DNA from: Histomonas meleagridis 2922-C6/04-290x
Taxonomy: Eukaryota; Protista; Parabasalia
Length of the DNA: 64,000 bases
NCBI GenBank assembly: GCA_020184695.1
Contig: JAANOX010000200.1
Span: 1 to 64,000 of the forward strand
Direction: 5' to 3'
Shown piece after piece: positions 22,868 through 34,612 of the stretch. Position numbers and translations under genes: made by a program. The notes below the pieces were generated by a model. It saw only the letters and a list, made by a program, of their open reading frames with translations. It had not been told where the DNA came from and made no database searches. The first letter of the stretch is position 1, and the number at the start of each line of letters is the position of its first letter.

Positions 22868-25791
22868 TTAACTCTCTTTATTAACATTTTCTTGTTTACG
22901 CATTGCTTCTTGAAGCAATTCAACTACTTCTGTGTGGCCTTTTTCAATTGCAAATTTAATTAATGTGTTTGAAATATTAGAAATAATTTCCAAAAGAAAT
23001 TGTGGAACAAAAAATAATTTAAAGAAATATTAATTAAAACTATGAAATTCCTTGTGCATTAACTTCAATTTCTTTATTTTCAAGCAGTAATTTAACTATT
23101 TCTGTATAACCTTTTGATGATGCTAATATAAGTGCTGTAACAAATAAATTATATAAATCCCGTTAATAACTTTGAGACATAAAATCATTTTATTAAATTT
23201 TTAATATAACAAAGAAACGTTTTTATTATTAACATCAATATTTTTACAATTAAGAAGCATTTTAACGATTTCTATATTACCTTTTTGTGATGCATACATA
23301 AGTGCTGTATAATATTTTATAAATAAATTCCATTTCTTTTAATGAAATATTAAAGCAAAATAATAAATTTTAAAAAATTTTTTTGAAATGTTTTAGCATT
23401 AATATCAATTCCTTCTTGTTCTAGAAGTATTTTAACGACTTCCGCATCCCCATTTTGTGAAGCAATTATTAGTGATGTATGAAATGATTAAAATAATTCC
23501 CTTATATTATAAATATAATATTATATAAAATATTAAAATGTTTTTAACATTGATATCAATCCCTTTTTGTTTGAGTAATAATTTTACAATTTCTGCGTCT
23601 CCACTTGAACTTGCAATTGTAAGTATTGTATTAAATATATCAAATAATTTAAAAATTTGGTTTTAAAATATTAAAACTTTGAAATAATTTCTAAATATAA
23701 TTATTAATTATTTTTATGATTGAGATTAATATCTTTTCGTTCAAGAAGTAATTTAACGATTTCAATATTATGTCTGATATATGCAATCATAAGTGCAGAA
23801 TTAAATATATCAAATAATTTCCGAATTTGATTGTAAAATATTAAATTATGATGCATATAAATATCTTGTGCATTAACATCAATGTCTTCTTGTTCAAGAA
23901 GTATTTTAACAATTTCTATATTATTATTTTTAGATGCAAATATAAGTGCTGTACAAAATAATTAAAATAAATATCAAATATTGTTTAGAAATAAAAAATT
24001 ATAAAAATAAATTCTAAATAAATCAAATAAAAATTTTTAATATTAACATCAATACCTTTTTGTTCTAGAAGTATTTTGACTATTTCGATATTACCTTTTT
24101 TAGATGCAAATATAAGTGCTGTGCGAAATAATTAAAATACTTCCCAAATATTATTTTGAAATCTTAAATTTATAAAATATATATGAAATATTATAATTAA
24201 ATGTCTTTATAATTAATATCAACTCCTTCTTGATTAAGAAGTATTTTAAATATTTCTATATGACCATTTTTAGCTGCAGAAAGAAATGCTGTTTGAAATA
24301 ATTGAAATAATTTCCAAAAATTATATGGAAATTATAAATCACTATAATAAAATATAAAGAAAACAGATAAATATCTTTGGCATTGATATCAATCCCTTCT
24401 TCTCCATAAAGTAATTGAAATATTTCTTGATATCCATGTTCACATGCTTTCATAAGTGCTGTTTTAAATGAGATAAAAATTATCCAAATGATATTTGAAG
24501 ATATAAAATCATTAAAACAAATATTAAATAAAAAAATATAAATATCTCTCTCATTGATATTTATTACTTTTTGTTCTAAAATGTATTTAACAAGTTCATA
24601 ATTTCCTGACTCTGAAGCAGATACTATAATATTTTTTGGCATTTGATTGGTTTGAAGAAAATATAGCACTAAATATAAATTACCGGTTCTTGCAGATTCA
24701 TTAATAATATCATCGTTAATTTTTAATACTTCTTCTTGTAAAAAAATTTCATAATTGTAATTTAAAATACATTTCTTTCCTATTTCTTCAAATTTATTAA
24801 TTTCTTTAATTTTGTTTTCATAAAAAATATTTAAAGATATCATTTCGATGGAACTCAATTGCTGTTTCATATGTATCTTCAAATGATGCATAATTTTGTT
24901 CACATAAATGAATTATCTCTAAATTTCCACCTGCAACTGCATATTTACCTGCATTAAATGCATTTGCTCCATTCATAAGTAAATATTTAAAACATTTAAT
25001 AGAGCCAAAATATGCTGCATAATCAATTAATGTAACATTTTTATGATTAATAAATGAATATCTTTCATAAAGTGATGGCTCAATAATTTTATTAAAATCA
25101 AAATTTGTTTGTGATGATATTTCTTGAAGTTTTTCGATTTCATCATTACGAATGATTTTTGCTATTTCATTCGGATTATGTCCTTCTTTAACATATTGTT
25201 TATGGAGTTCAAAATCATTTTTTGATAGTTTTTCAAAATTTTTAATAAAAGCATTATTAAATATATTATATGGATACATTCTTTTATTTTCCTCTTCTGA
25301 TTTATAGTGTGCAAAATATTTTGTTCGCATATTTTTGATGATGTTTTTATCTATTTCATTTTCTGTAATCATTTCATTAATAATATAATACGTTTCTTGT
25401 GTTTCAATTTTTATGATATATTCAAGAAATTGTTCAATAATGTTTGCATTGTTTGTATTGCTTGTATTGTTTATATTGTTTTTTTTGTTTTCTTCTTCCT
25501 TGTTTTTAATTGTTTTTAAATATTTAATGTGAATATCAAAAGAATTGTTTTGAGAAATAAATGAATTGTGAATTAATTTAATCAAAATTAAATTAAATGT
25601 ATACAAGTATTTGAAATCATAAAAATTCATTGTTTGTTGAATAGATAAATCAAAATTTTCTTCACTTAAATTAAATATAATTTTTCGAGTGTAATAAGGA
25701 ATTCAATGTTAACATCAACATTTTTTGTTTCATTTTTATCAACATTGATATTTAAATTGTTGGTATTTTGCTTATTTTCTACTTGCAACAT
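22868..25791 (-). CDS. DUF3447-type ankyrin gene B with 38 spacers; has several 1-nt frameshifts (pseudogene or assembly errors)
   Basis: Paralog of genes A and C (LIDYAAYFGSIKCFKYL, AVAGGNLEII) with 10 ankyrin blocks. Homopolymer indels at ~25681 and ~24825, two 18-nt spacers and a frameshift at ~22965. Confidence 0.65.
22972..24543 (-). other. Array of 17-nt spacers separating single codons (locus B)
   Basis: Decoded loops include D-N-Y-G-K-TAL, D-I-I-G-Q-TAF, D-H-K-G-R-TAL, T-K-N-G-Y-TAL and N-K-Y-G-V-TAL. Confidence 0.85.
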
Positions 25792-27083
25792 TTTTTGAAC
25801 TTTAAACAAAAACTTGACGATTGATTGTGATTACTATCGCCATGGAAATTTCAAAGCTTTGAAACTTTGTTATCAAATTTTCAATGTGGCAAAAAATTCG
25901 AAACGGTTATCATAGAAATATTTTTCAAACAAATGTCACTTTTTCTGGGTGCTTTGTTCTTTGCTTCTGATGGAAATGTTGATTTGTTTATCGTTTATGA
26001 TAGATTGCTTTTATTTTAATTTTATTCATATAATAAACTCACTACATGAAATGTAAATGATAAATCACAATTTAACACATTAAAGAAAAAATCTGAAATT
26101 TGATTTTTTATTATTTTAAAAATTCATTAATTTTTCAAAAAGCAAAAAAAAAGATATTTCAATCTTTAAATAAGTATAATATGTTTATCTTGGTTTATAC
26201 TGCTCTTATCTGTGATAATACCTTTATCTTCATTTTAATAATATGAAAAAAAAAAAAAAGACGTTAAGTCACTTCAATTTATTCTTTTTGATGAAAATTA
26301 ACATAATATCGTAAGTGGAAAAGGTAGTCCACTTATTCATAACGATCATATTCAATTGAGATAGTGGAAATGTCAAAATATTTCAAATAATGAAAAAGGG
26401 AAGCAAAAATATCGATTAATAATATTTGGTCCTTATTCAACAAATTCAGCAATTCCTCCTCAAGGAGGTACCCAAAATACAAGAAATAATTTCAATAAAA
26501 ATTTGATGGCTTTTTTATGAATTACTCGAAGTTTATTTTGATTATAAGACAACTTTTATAATGAAATAAACGCAGCTCCAAAAGTAATAAAGAATTCGAT
26601 AGAAAAATTGAATGTTTTATAACCATTATCAAATGAAATGGTGAATAAAATAATTGCAAGTTATTTTAAAAACTTCAATATCGATCATACATTCTTCTTG
26701 TTTTGTAAAGAGGCAAATATGGATGAAAATGAAATTCAAGAAGAGCAGCTTGTTGAATGTCTTTAGAATTCATTATTGTTCATGAAAAATGAAAAAGACA
26801 TCAATGTACATAAAGATGTATTAGACGACTTTGGTAATCATTATGAACTCCATTTAAAAGAGGATATTATCAGATTGAAAGCTTTAATGGAGGTATATAT
26901 TTTCCCCCGTGAAGACATCTGTGCCAGATTCAAATGTTCTAATTCTAAAAGTTTTTCAGAAATTTGGGATCAAATATCCAAAATTTAATAAAGGAACAAA
27001 ATCAAAATATGTTCATATGAAAATGATTGACACTATTCTGAATTATACCAGAAAATTCCAGGTTGGCTATCAATAGATGACTG

Positions 27084-27706
27084 ATGATCTTTCAAGAAAG
27101 GGTTCCACAGTTACGGAAAATTAAGTCACCAATATTAAAAACTGAAACACTTTATTCTTTTGAGAAGAAATATAAACCAGATAATGTTCATGATCTAAGG
27201 TTTGTTGCCCCATTTGTAAATCAAATTTGGCATACAAATCTGCATTATTTTAAGAGAAAGGAAGGTGAGGATCAGAGATATTTGATAAGTTTTATCGATG
27301 ATAGATCTCGAAAAATATTATATTTTGAGGTTCTGGATGATAAAACTGATGAAAGCGCTTTTACTGTCATTAAAAAGTTATTGATTTGGTAATTGCAGAC
27401 ACAAATCATGTACCTCACATCATAGTCACTGATAATGGGTATGAATTCGTAAATGATGCATCTGTCTCTGTTATTAATCAATATCAAGTTAAACAATTTC
27501 GGATCCATTCCTATACTTTTGAAGAAAATGCAAAGATCGAACGTTTCTGGAGAACTTATGAGCAAGCCAAGACCGATAACTCAACAATCGGTGAAATTGC
27601 GGATGAGTATAATATGTATTGGCTTCACAAAGATCTTTACATGATGAACAGAAAGAAAATGACTCCACACAAAGCTTGGAAAATGATGCCAAAGTATGAT
27701 GGTTGA
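27084..27706 (+). pseudogene. Integrase core (rve) pseudogene
   Basis: Split into two ORFs; the first catalytic Asp appears as Asn (WHTN instead of WHTD). Confidence 0.75.
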
Positions 27707-27807
27707 CAAAGTGATAATAACCTTCGACTAATTTATATCTAAAAATTAATTTGGCATTAATTTATTTTAATTGATGAATTTTTATAAATAATTGCATGTC
27801 TCAAACG

Positions 27808-27900
27808 TTTCACTATCGTACGGCTGTTAACGATCAAATGTCACTCAAAAACACCGCTTTTGAATGGCATTTGATCGTTAACTGCCGTACGATAGTGAAA
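27808..27900. repeat. 93-nt hairpin (33-bp inverted repeat, one mismatch)
   Basis: TTTCACTATCGTACGGCTGTTAACGATCAAATG ... CATTTGATCGTTAACTGCCGTACGATAGTGAAA, with an inner TCAAAA/TTTTGA pair. Confidence 0.9.
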
Positions 27901-28199
27901 GTGAATTAACGGCCACTAAATATTCTGACATAGTCCACTTTTTGATATGAATATGATCGTTACAAATATTTTGTCTTCGTCCACTTTTTCGGTGTCTTTT
28001 AATCGTATATTATTTTGCCATATTCACTTTTTGAGTGGCTTCGAACGTCAAAAGTGAAGTGATGATTACTCAAATTGAGTATATTCTGTGTTTTACTTGT
28101 TTGTCATGACAAAACATGCCGGCAAAATAAAGAATTTGTCAAAAAATATAAATTTTGCTTTGAATTTACCAAATACAAGATTTCACTTCATTTTAAAAA

Positions 28200-28627
28200 T
28201 GGGAAGAAGATTTCAAAATTATGTAAAACCATCTCAAATAACATTTACAGTTGGTGATAAGTGTTACCTCTTGAAAATAGAAAAAGATAATTTCACAAAA
28301 GAATCGTTGGATCAATTAGAAGAAATATCGAATTTAATCGAAACAGATCAACCAATGAAGAAAAGGAGAAGGGGAAGATCAACAACAAACAAAGTTCCTC
28401 AAAATCCTGTTGGAGTTTTTATCAACAAACAAACAAATAACGAAACAAACATATTTGATTTATCATCAGACAGTGAATTTGGTTTAACACCGAACATTGA
28501 AGGAAATATCTTGAATGAAGAGATAGGGAACATTGAGTTTGAAACTTATGAAGAAGACCATGACTTCATTTGGTCAAACTTATCGGGGCTTACATTTGAA
28601 GAAGAACAAACACTATGGGGCTTTTGA
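28200..28627 (+). CDS. Hypothetical small protein with basic NLS-like patch
   Basis: MGRRFQNY...KKRRRGR... acidic tail; an internally deleted copy is at 33837-34109. Confidence 0.55.
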
Positions 28628-28691
28628 AACATTTCATAACTTATTTTTGATTAAATATTTTGTTCTTTAGCATTTTTTCCTTTACATAAAA

Positions 28692-29885
28692 GTGACGCAC
28701 ATCAAATCTAGTGATGTTTTAATTAAAATGAGAATTTATGCGCCAAATGTTGAAGAAAATGATGTTTCAGATATTTCGGATCGATACATTCAAGAAGTCA
28801 TTCAAATGCGGAGGAATGCTTATCATATAAAACAAATACAAGAAAAAGATATTGAATTACAAGCAAAAATCAGTTCTATGAAATCACTTTCAAATTCAGT
28901 TAGTGATTCATTAAATATTTTAATAGAACGTATCCAAACATTTTTAGATTTTATTCAGAATCCGATCGATGACACAACAAAACAAAAAATTTTTCATGAA
29001 ATTGAAGGAATTGATCAAAAGAATTTAGAATTAAAATATGACATAAAATTTACCAAATCAAAAATCAACAAATTAAGACTAAAAATCCAAACACTTAAAG
29101 AAAATAACAACAAAATCAAATGTCAAATGTACGAACATCGGAATAACATTGGAAAACTCAAAGTTAAAATATTTAACATATCACTTCCATATTCGAAACG
29201 TCAGAAGAAGCATGAAATTTTAGAGCAAAGTTACAAAACGTTGTATGAAACTAACAAAAACTCAAAGGAAAAGAACAATGTCATTCAAGAGTTACTTCGA
29301 TTTGCAGACGTAACTTATTCGGAATATTTGCCGAAGTTAAATTCGTACAAAAACTCGATTTTCCTCAAAAAGAATTTATTGATTCGAACAAATCGAAATG
29401 TAAATCATTACATTACACAACAAAATAACAACAAAAATGAAAACTTAACAAATCGTTTGCAATGTTCACAAACGAATAATGAAATCAATGAAATCATTAC
29501 AAATAATAACGAAATAGAAAAACAAAAACAATTTATTGAAAGTGAATTAATTACATTAATGAAAAATAATGAAAAATTAAACAATGAAATTAACATTTGT
29601 AAAGAAGAAAGAAGTAAAAACAGAAAACTGAACTACGATTTATATAATAATTTGTCAGATCTCCAAAAGAAAGAACAAAAAATTATAAAAAGAAAAGAAA
29701 TTTATATTACAAAAATTAACGAATTAAACAAAGATAGTGAATTACAGCAAAAATTATCAAATTTATATGAAAAAATACAAAAAACTGAATCAAAAATACA
29801 AAAAATTACAAATGAAATTCAATCAACAAAAAATAATATAAAAAATTGTCAGATCAAAAATTATTCAAAAATGCTTTTTGATTAA
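28692..29885 (+). CDS. Coiled-coil hypothetical protein
   Basis: 397-aa ORF rich in K/E/N/Q with heptad character. Confidence 0.6.
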   Translation: MTHIKSSDVLIKMRIYAPNVEENDVSDISDRYIQEVIQMRRNAYHIKQIQEKDIELQAKISSMKSLSNSVSDSLNILIERIQTFLDFIQNPIDDTTKQKIFHEIEGIDQKNLELKYDIKFTKSKINKLRLKIQTLKENNNKIKCQMYEHRNNIGKLKVKIFNISLPYSKRQKKHEILEQSYKTLYETNKNSKEKNNVIQELLRFADVTYSEYLPKLNSYKNSIFLKKNLLIRTNRNVNHYITQQNNNKNENLTNRLQCSQTNNEINEIITNNNEIEKQKQFIESELITLMKNNEKLNNEINICKEERSKNRKLNYDLYNNLSDLQKKEQKIIKRKEIYITKINELNKDSELQQKLSNLYEKIQKTESKIQKITNEIQSTKNNIKNCQIKNYSKMLFD

Positions 29886-29956
29886 ATACGTTTATTTATG
29901 ATCGTTGTCGCCTCAAAAAGTTTGCAGCGATGTCATTATGATCCAGCATTTTTTCA

Positions 29957-32602
29957 ATGGATATTCAGATGCAGCCAAATGTTGACTACAACATTTTTCT
30001 TGGTATTACTTCCACAGATGAAAACATAAGAAATTATTCCCAAAAAGTTATCTTAGAGTCAATGGATTTGCCCAATTTTGTTGATATAATTTTTAATGGA
30101 CTTCAAACTATTGATAATTCAAATATCGTATTAAAGCAATCATTATCTGTCGCATTACATGAATACATTCGAACGAGATGGAAATTTCTTCCTGAGGAAA
30201 TTAAGAACAAAGTCTATGATAACATTTTATTAATTTTATTTCAAATACCATATGAAATACGAAAAATTTTTATTGATATTATAGAAACAATTTTTGTTAC
30301 TCAAAGTTCGCATATTGATATTCTATTAAATGTCTGTTTTTCACAACTCAGTTCAACGATATTTAATATTGACACATCATTAAACCTATTAAATGAATTT
30401 GTATTTTATAATTATATAATACAATCGAAAGTCACAGAAGAAAGGGAATTATTTGCACGGAAACTTATACCAATTTTATACATAATATCAAATGAACTTA
30501 TGAAGAGTCAATTCCAAGACATCTTTTCATCAATAATATCATCGATATCTGAAATTATCAAAATCTTTATACAAAAGTTAAATACGATATATGACATGCA
30601 AGAGTTATATGAGATAATAATTCATTTATCATTAGCATTAAGACTTCCTAATAAAAACATTCAATCATTTACTAAGTTAACTGATTTAATTTGCATGACA
30701 ATCATTAAATTTAAATCAATACAAACATTACCACAAAACTTAATCATATTTGGAACGAATTTCCATCAAAACATTATACCAATCATAACGCAATCGATAT
30801 TTACTTTATTTAGTAATAATCAAAACGAAACATTTATATACACAAAATTATTTATTATTATAAAAACATTAATCCAATGTCATATTAACAAAGAAATATT
30901 TCTAAATGAAAACTTCATTCGTAACATTCTAATTCCGTCATGTTATCTAAGTGAAGAAGACTTAACTTTATTTAATGAAATCCCAGAACAATATATATAC
31001 TTTAATTATTTAATTGAAGAAAACATCAAAGATATATCACTTCGTATTATCATAACTCGAATTATAAAATTTATTATTGATAATAATTATATTGATATCA
31101 TAAATTTATTATTAAATATATCATTAGAACCATCAAAAGAACCGAAAGAATTCGAAGCGAAAATATTTATAATTTCAAGTATTACTTCATATTATTCAGA
31201 ATCATATGAATTATATCAAATGTTAATGAATATAATAATAACAAATCCATCGATTTATATCCAAGCTACAACGATATATGCGTTACGAAGTTTTAAGATC
31301 GAAAAAGAAAATCGTAACAAACTCAGTATTAATATTCTCTTACAAAGTAATAATGATGTCATTAAGTTAATGTCAATTAATTTATTCCAAACAACATTTG
31401 ATATATTTCATTCTCAATCGATTATACCATATTTAAATGAACTATTAAACACATTATTACAATTAATATATACAACAAAAGATTATAAGCCAATAGAATT
31501 AATATGTTTATTAATATATCAATATACTGATAAATATATTCCATACTTTGATAAAATCATTAATTATATTATCGAGTTATATAAAATGATAACAAATTCG
31601 GAAAACTTTGATTTTAATGCTAATAATCAATTATTAAAATGTATTCAAAAGTTTATAACTTCAGATTTAATTGATTCGAATCTTTATAATGTTTACATAG
31701 AGAAAATCATCAATTTCTGTATTGAAATATTATCAAATGAAAGATGTGAACAATCATTTTTAACGACAATCGAAGTCATCGAAAGTATTATGATGAAATA
31801 TGATGAAATTACAGAACTTAACATAAACATAATGAAATATTTAATTGAATTCATAGCTCCACAAATTAATGAATCGTTTTATCTAATACCAAATATATAC
31901 GAAATATTTTCAATTGTCATCGCAAAGAAAAATTTTTTTAATGTAATTAATGACGAATTCATTATATCATTAATTAATTTTAGTGAAACAATTTATATAA
32001 ATATTAATAATACCAAAGTGAAGACTTCGATTTTGTTGTTATATTCATTACTAATACAATATGGAAAATGTATAAATTTAATCGAAAAAGGTTTAATATT
32101 ACTACAACAAAACGAAGACTTTTCAATATTTACGTCCGCGTTCTGTTTAATGTCGTCCGCGTTACTGACAGCAGCTGACCAAATAATACCAATGATAAAT
32201 GAAAACGTTTTAGTGAATGTAAACGCAAATTGGAAACACATACAAAACGCTGAAGTCAATGTAATCAACTTATGCTTCATCGGATTGTGCGTTTTGGCGA
32301 AGTATGGAAACAATTTGTCGTTTCTGAACGCGTCGATGATGCTGAAGTTATTAATCGAGAAAAGAAACGCCGAAACTTTGGAAGAAGTCGACGACGAATA
32401 TCTGCTCAGCAACATAAACAGTTTCATCGAAAACGAAGAGGAGTACGAATACTTGGACCTGCCCGACTTCCACTTCCCGTCGGACGGCGTGGACGTGCTC
32501 GAGGTGTACAGAGATGTCGCGTTCGGGAGGAACATGTTCCGGACATTGCCGCTCGAGCTGCAGCAGGAAGTCAGCGAACTGCTCAGTGAAGGCGCTAATT
32601 AA
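29957..32602 (+). CDS. Importin-beta-family (importin-7/8/Cse1-like) HEAT-repeat protein
   Basis: IBN_N-like start (ENIRNYSQKVI...SVALHEYIRTRW), long helical repeats and an acidic C-terminal region. Confidence 0.6.
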   Translation: MDIQMQPNVDYNIFLGITSTDENIRNYSQKVILESMDLPNFVDIIFNGLQTIDNSNIVLKQSLSVALHEYIRTRWKFLPEEIKNKVYDNILLILFQIPYEIRKIFIDIIETIFVTQSSHIDILLNVCFSQLSSTIFNIDTSLNLLNEFVFYNYIIQSKVTEERELFARKLIPILYIISNELMKSQFQDIFSSIISSISEIIKIFIQKLNTIYDMQELYEIIIHLSLALRLPNKNIQSFTKLTDLICMTIIKFKSIQTLPQNLIIFGTNFHQNIIPIITQSIFTLFSNNQNETFIYTKLFIIIKTLIQCHINKEIFLNENFIRNILIPSCYLSEEDLTLFNEIPEQYIYFNYLIEENIKDISLRIIITRIIKFIIDNNYIDIINLLLNISLEPSKEPKEFEAKIFIISSITSYYSESYELYQMLMNIIITNPSIYIQATTIYALRSFKIEKENRNKLSINILLQSNNDVIKLMSINLFQTTFDIFHSQSIIPYLNELLNTLLQLIYTTKDYKPIELICLLIYQYTDKYIPYFDKIINYIIELYKMITNSENFDFNANNQLLKCIQKFITSDLIDSNLYNVYIEKIINFCIEILSNERCEQSFLTTIEVIESIMMKYDEITELNINIMKYLIEFIAPQINESFYLIPNIYEIFSIVIAKKNFFNVINDEFIISLINFSETIYININNTKVKTSILLLYSLLIQYGKCINLIEKGLILLQQNEDFSIFTSAFCLMSSALLTAADQIIPMINENVLVNVNANWKHIQNAEVNVINLCFIGLCVLAKYGNNLSFLNASMMLKLLIEKRNAETLEEVDDEYLLSNINSFIENEEEYEYLDLPDFHFPSDGVDVLEVYRDVAFGRNMFRTLPLELQQEVSELLSEGAN

Positions 32603-32869
32603 TGAAAGCGTTACAAACAATAGAAATCGGACGTTTTGGCGACGATCAATTTCCACTCGAAAGAGAACGATGGCACTGTCACTTTTTGACTCAGAAAATG
32701 ATCGTTTGCAGCGTTATGTTTTTAATAAAACAAATCCCCGAAGTACAACAGTACTTAAAGTCGTTTTGAATGATTTAAAGATGAAGCGAATGAAGAAAAT
32801 GATAATTGTATCGAATTTTATATGAAAAATAATTTTTAATAAATTTGAATAATTCTCTCAAATAATGTT

Positions 32870-33365
32870 TTCATAACTTGTTGCGTTCAATAATTATTTA
32901 AAAATTATTTAAAAATACAAAATATTGTTATAATATTGTTAATAAATTTGTATGATTATTATATTATAATGTTTTCATATAAATCGTTGCGTTCAATAAT
33001 TATTTAGAAATAAAAATATTGTTAATAAATTTGTATAACTATTATATTATTATGTTTCCATATAACTTGTTGTGTTCAACAACTATTTAAAAATAAAAAT
33101 ATTGTTAATAAATTTGTATGATTATTATATTATAATGTTTTCATATAAATCGTTGCGTTCAATAATTATTTAGAAATAAAAATATTGTTAATAAATTTGT
33201 ATAACTATTATATTATTATGTTTCCATATAACTTGTTGTGTTCAACAACTATTTAAAAATAAAAATATTGTTAATAAATTTGTATGATTATTATATTATA
33301 ATGTTTTCATATAAATTGTTGTGTTCAATGATTATTTAGATATTAGAATATTGTTAATTACATAT
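32870..33365. repeat. 83-bp AT-rich minisatellite, ~6 units, alternating A/B (166-bp higher-order unit)
   Basis: GTTGYGTTCAA anchors at 32880, 32986, 33069, 33152, 33235 and 33318. Confidence 0.9.
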
Positions 33366-33500
33366 TTATACAGTTTGTATCTGAAATGATCAGAACCGCT
33401 GATTTCCCAAACAAAAATACTCAATTCATATGCCGATCAAATTACATAGAAGTATATCGTATGAGTAAAGCTCACAATCGAGCAACGAACATAGAATTAA

Positions 33501-34370
33501 TATAATATGTTTATCTTGGTTAGTTCTGCTCTTATCTGTGATAATACATTTATCTTCATAAAAAATAGAAAAAAAAAAAAGGACGTTAAGTCATTTCAAT
33601 TTATTCTTTTTGGTGAAAATTAACGTTCAAATATTTGCCAAATATTTTTTTGTTAACGTCATCGAAAAAATTGATTATAACCAAAATTGAGTATATTCTG
33701 TGATTTACTTGACAAAAATTATTAAAATTTGCTCCACAGACTTGTCACTTTTATTTGACTTTCAATGGTTTATGCATAGAATAATCATCAGAAACCAAAT
33801 ATTTTTGACACAAATTTCAATACTTTCAGAGAAAATTTGTCGTTTGTCATGACAAAACATGCCGGCAAAATAAAGAATTTGTCAAAAAATATAAATTTTG
33901 CTTTGAATTTACCAAATACAAGATTTCACTTCATTTTAAAAATGGGAAGAAGATTTCAAAATTATGTAAAACCATCTCAAATAACATTTACAGTTAATGA
34001 AGAGATAGGGAACATTGAGTTTGAAACTTATGAAGAAGACCATGACTTCATTTGGTCAAACTTATCGGGGCTTACATTTGAAGAAGAACAAACACTATGG
34101 GGCTTTTGAAACATTTCATAACTTATTTTTGATTAAATATTTTGTTCTTTAGCATTTTTTCCTTTACATAAAAGTGACGCACATCTAGCTCGTTCAGAAT
34201 CCTATCTCTGAAATTAAAAAACAAAAAAATTTTAATGAAATTGATCAAGAGAATTTAGATTAAAATATGATATAAAATTTACCAAAGCAAATTAAAACGA
34301 AAAATTCAAACACTTAAAGAAGGTGATAACAAAATCAAATGTCAAATATATGAGCATCGAAATAACATTA
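33501..34370 (+). pseudogene. Deleted duplicate of the 26175-29150 region
   Basis: 33501-33624 matches 26175-26302 and 33684-34370 matches pieces of 28072-29150. The ORF at 33837-34109 lacks 261 nt in frame (28253-28513 of the first copy). Confidence 0.85.
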
Positions 34371-34612
34371 GAGCATTTTGCATTTAAAGTATTTCGAGAG
34401 TTTAAGTCTTTTAAATAACTAGCAAGCCACTCTTTTTATAAATTTACTTAATTAATTTCTAAATTTCGATCTTTTTCACGAACAATATGTGAATGAACCA
34501 TTTTCTCAAGGCAATTTTTTAACTCTTTGTGAATCCCACAGCTCAAAATCTGCACAATTTTTTAGTTAAAAAACTTAATTTCAACATATTGCTCAAAACA
34601 AGTTATCATATT

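Larger units (their letters stand above)
26310..27990 (+). mobile_element. Decayed rve/DDE (IS481-like) transposon with imperfect TIRs
   Basis: Broken integrase-core ORFs 27084-27706 (WHTNLHY...FIDDRSR...TDNGYEF...NAKIERFWRT). Inverted repeats at 26341-26383 and 27918-27961 (AACGATCATATTCA...AGTGGA...ATGTCA.AATATTT). The segment is absent from the paralogous site near 33624-33684. Confidence 0.65.

Noticed and set aside
31993-32825. Overlapping and antisense ORFs (31993-32535, 32272-32589, 32351-32656, 32514-32825; likewise 63192-63635, 58152-58503)
   Set aside because: Shadow ORFs produced by stop-poor GC-rich segments of real genes; no protein motifs.
32870-33365. 83-bp repeats as a CRISPR array or as 17-nt-spacer modules
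   Set aside because: No unique spacers, and no 3+17 periodicity or decodable ORF was found.
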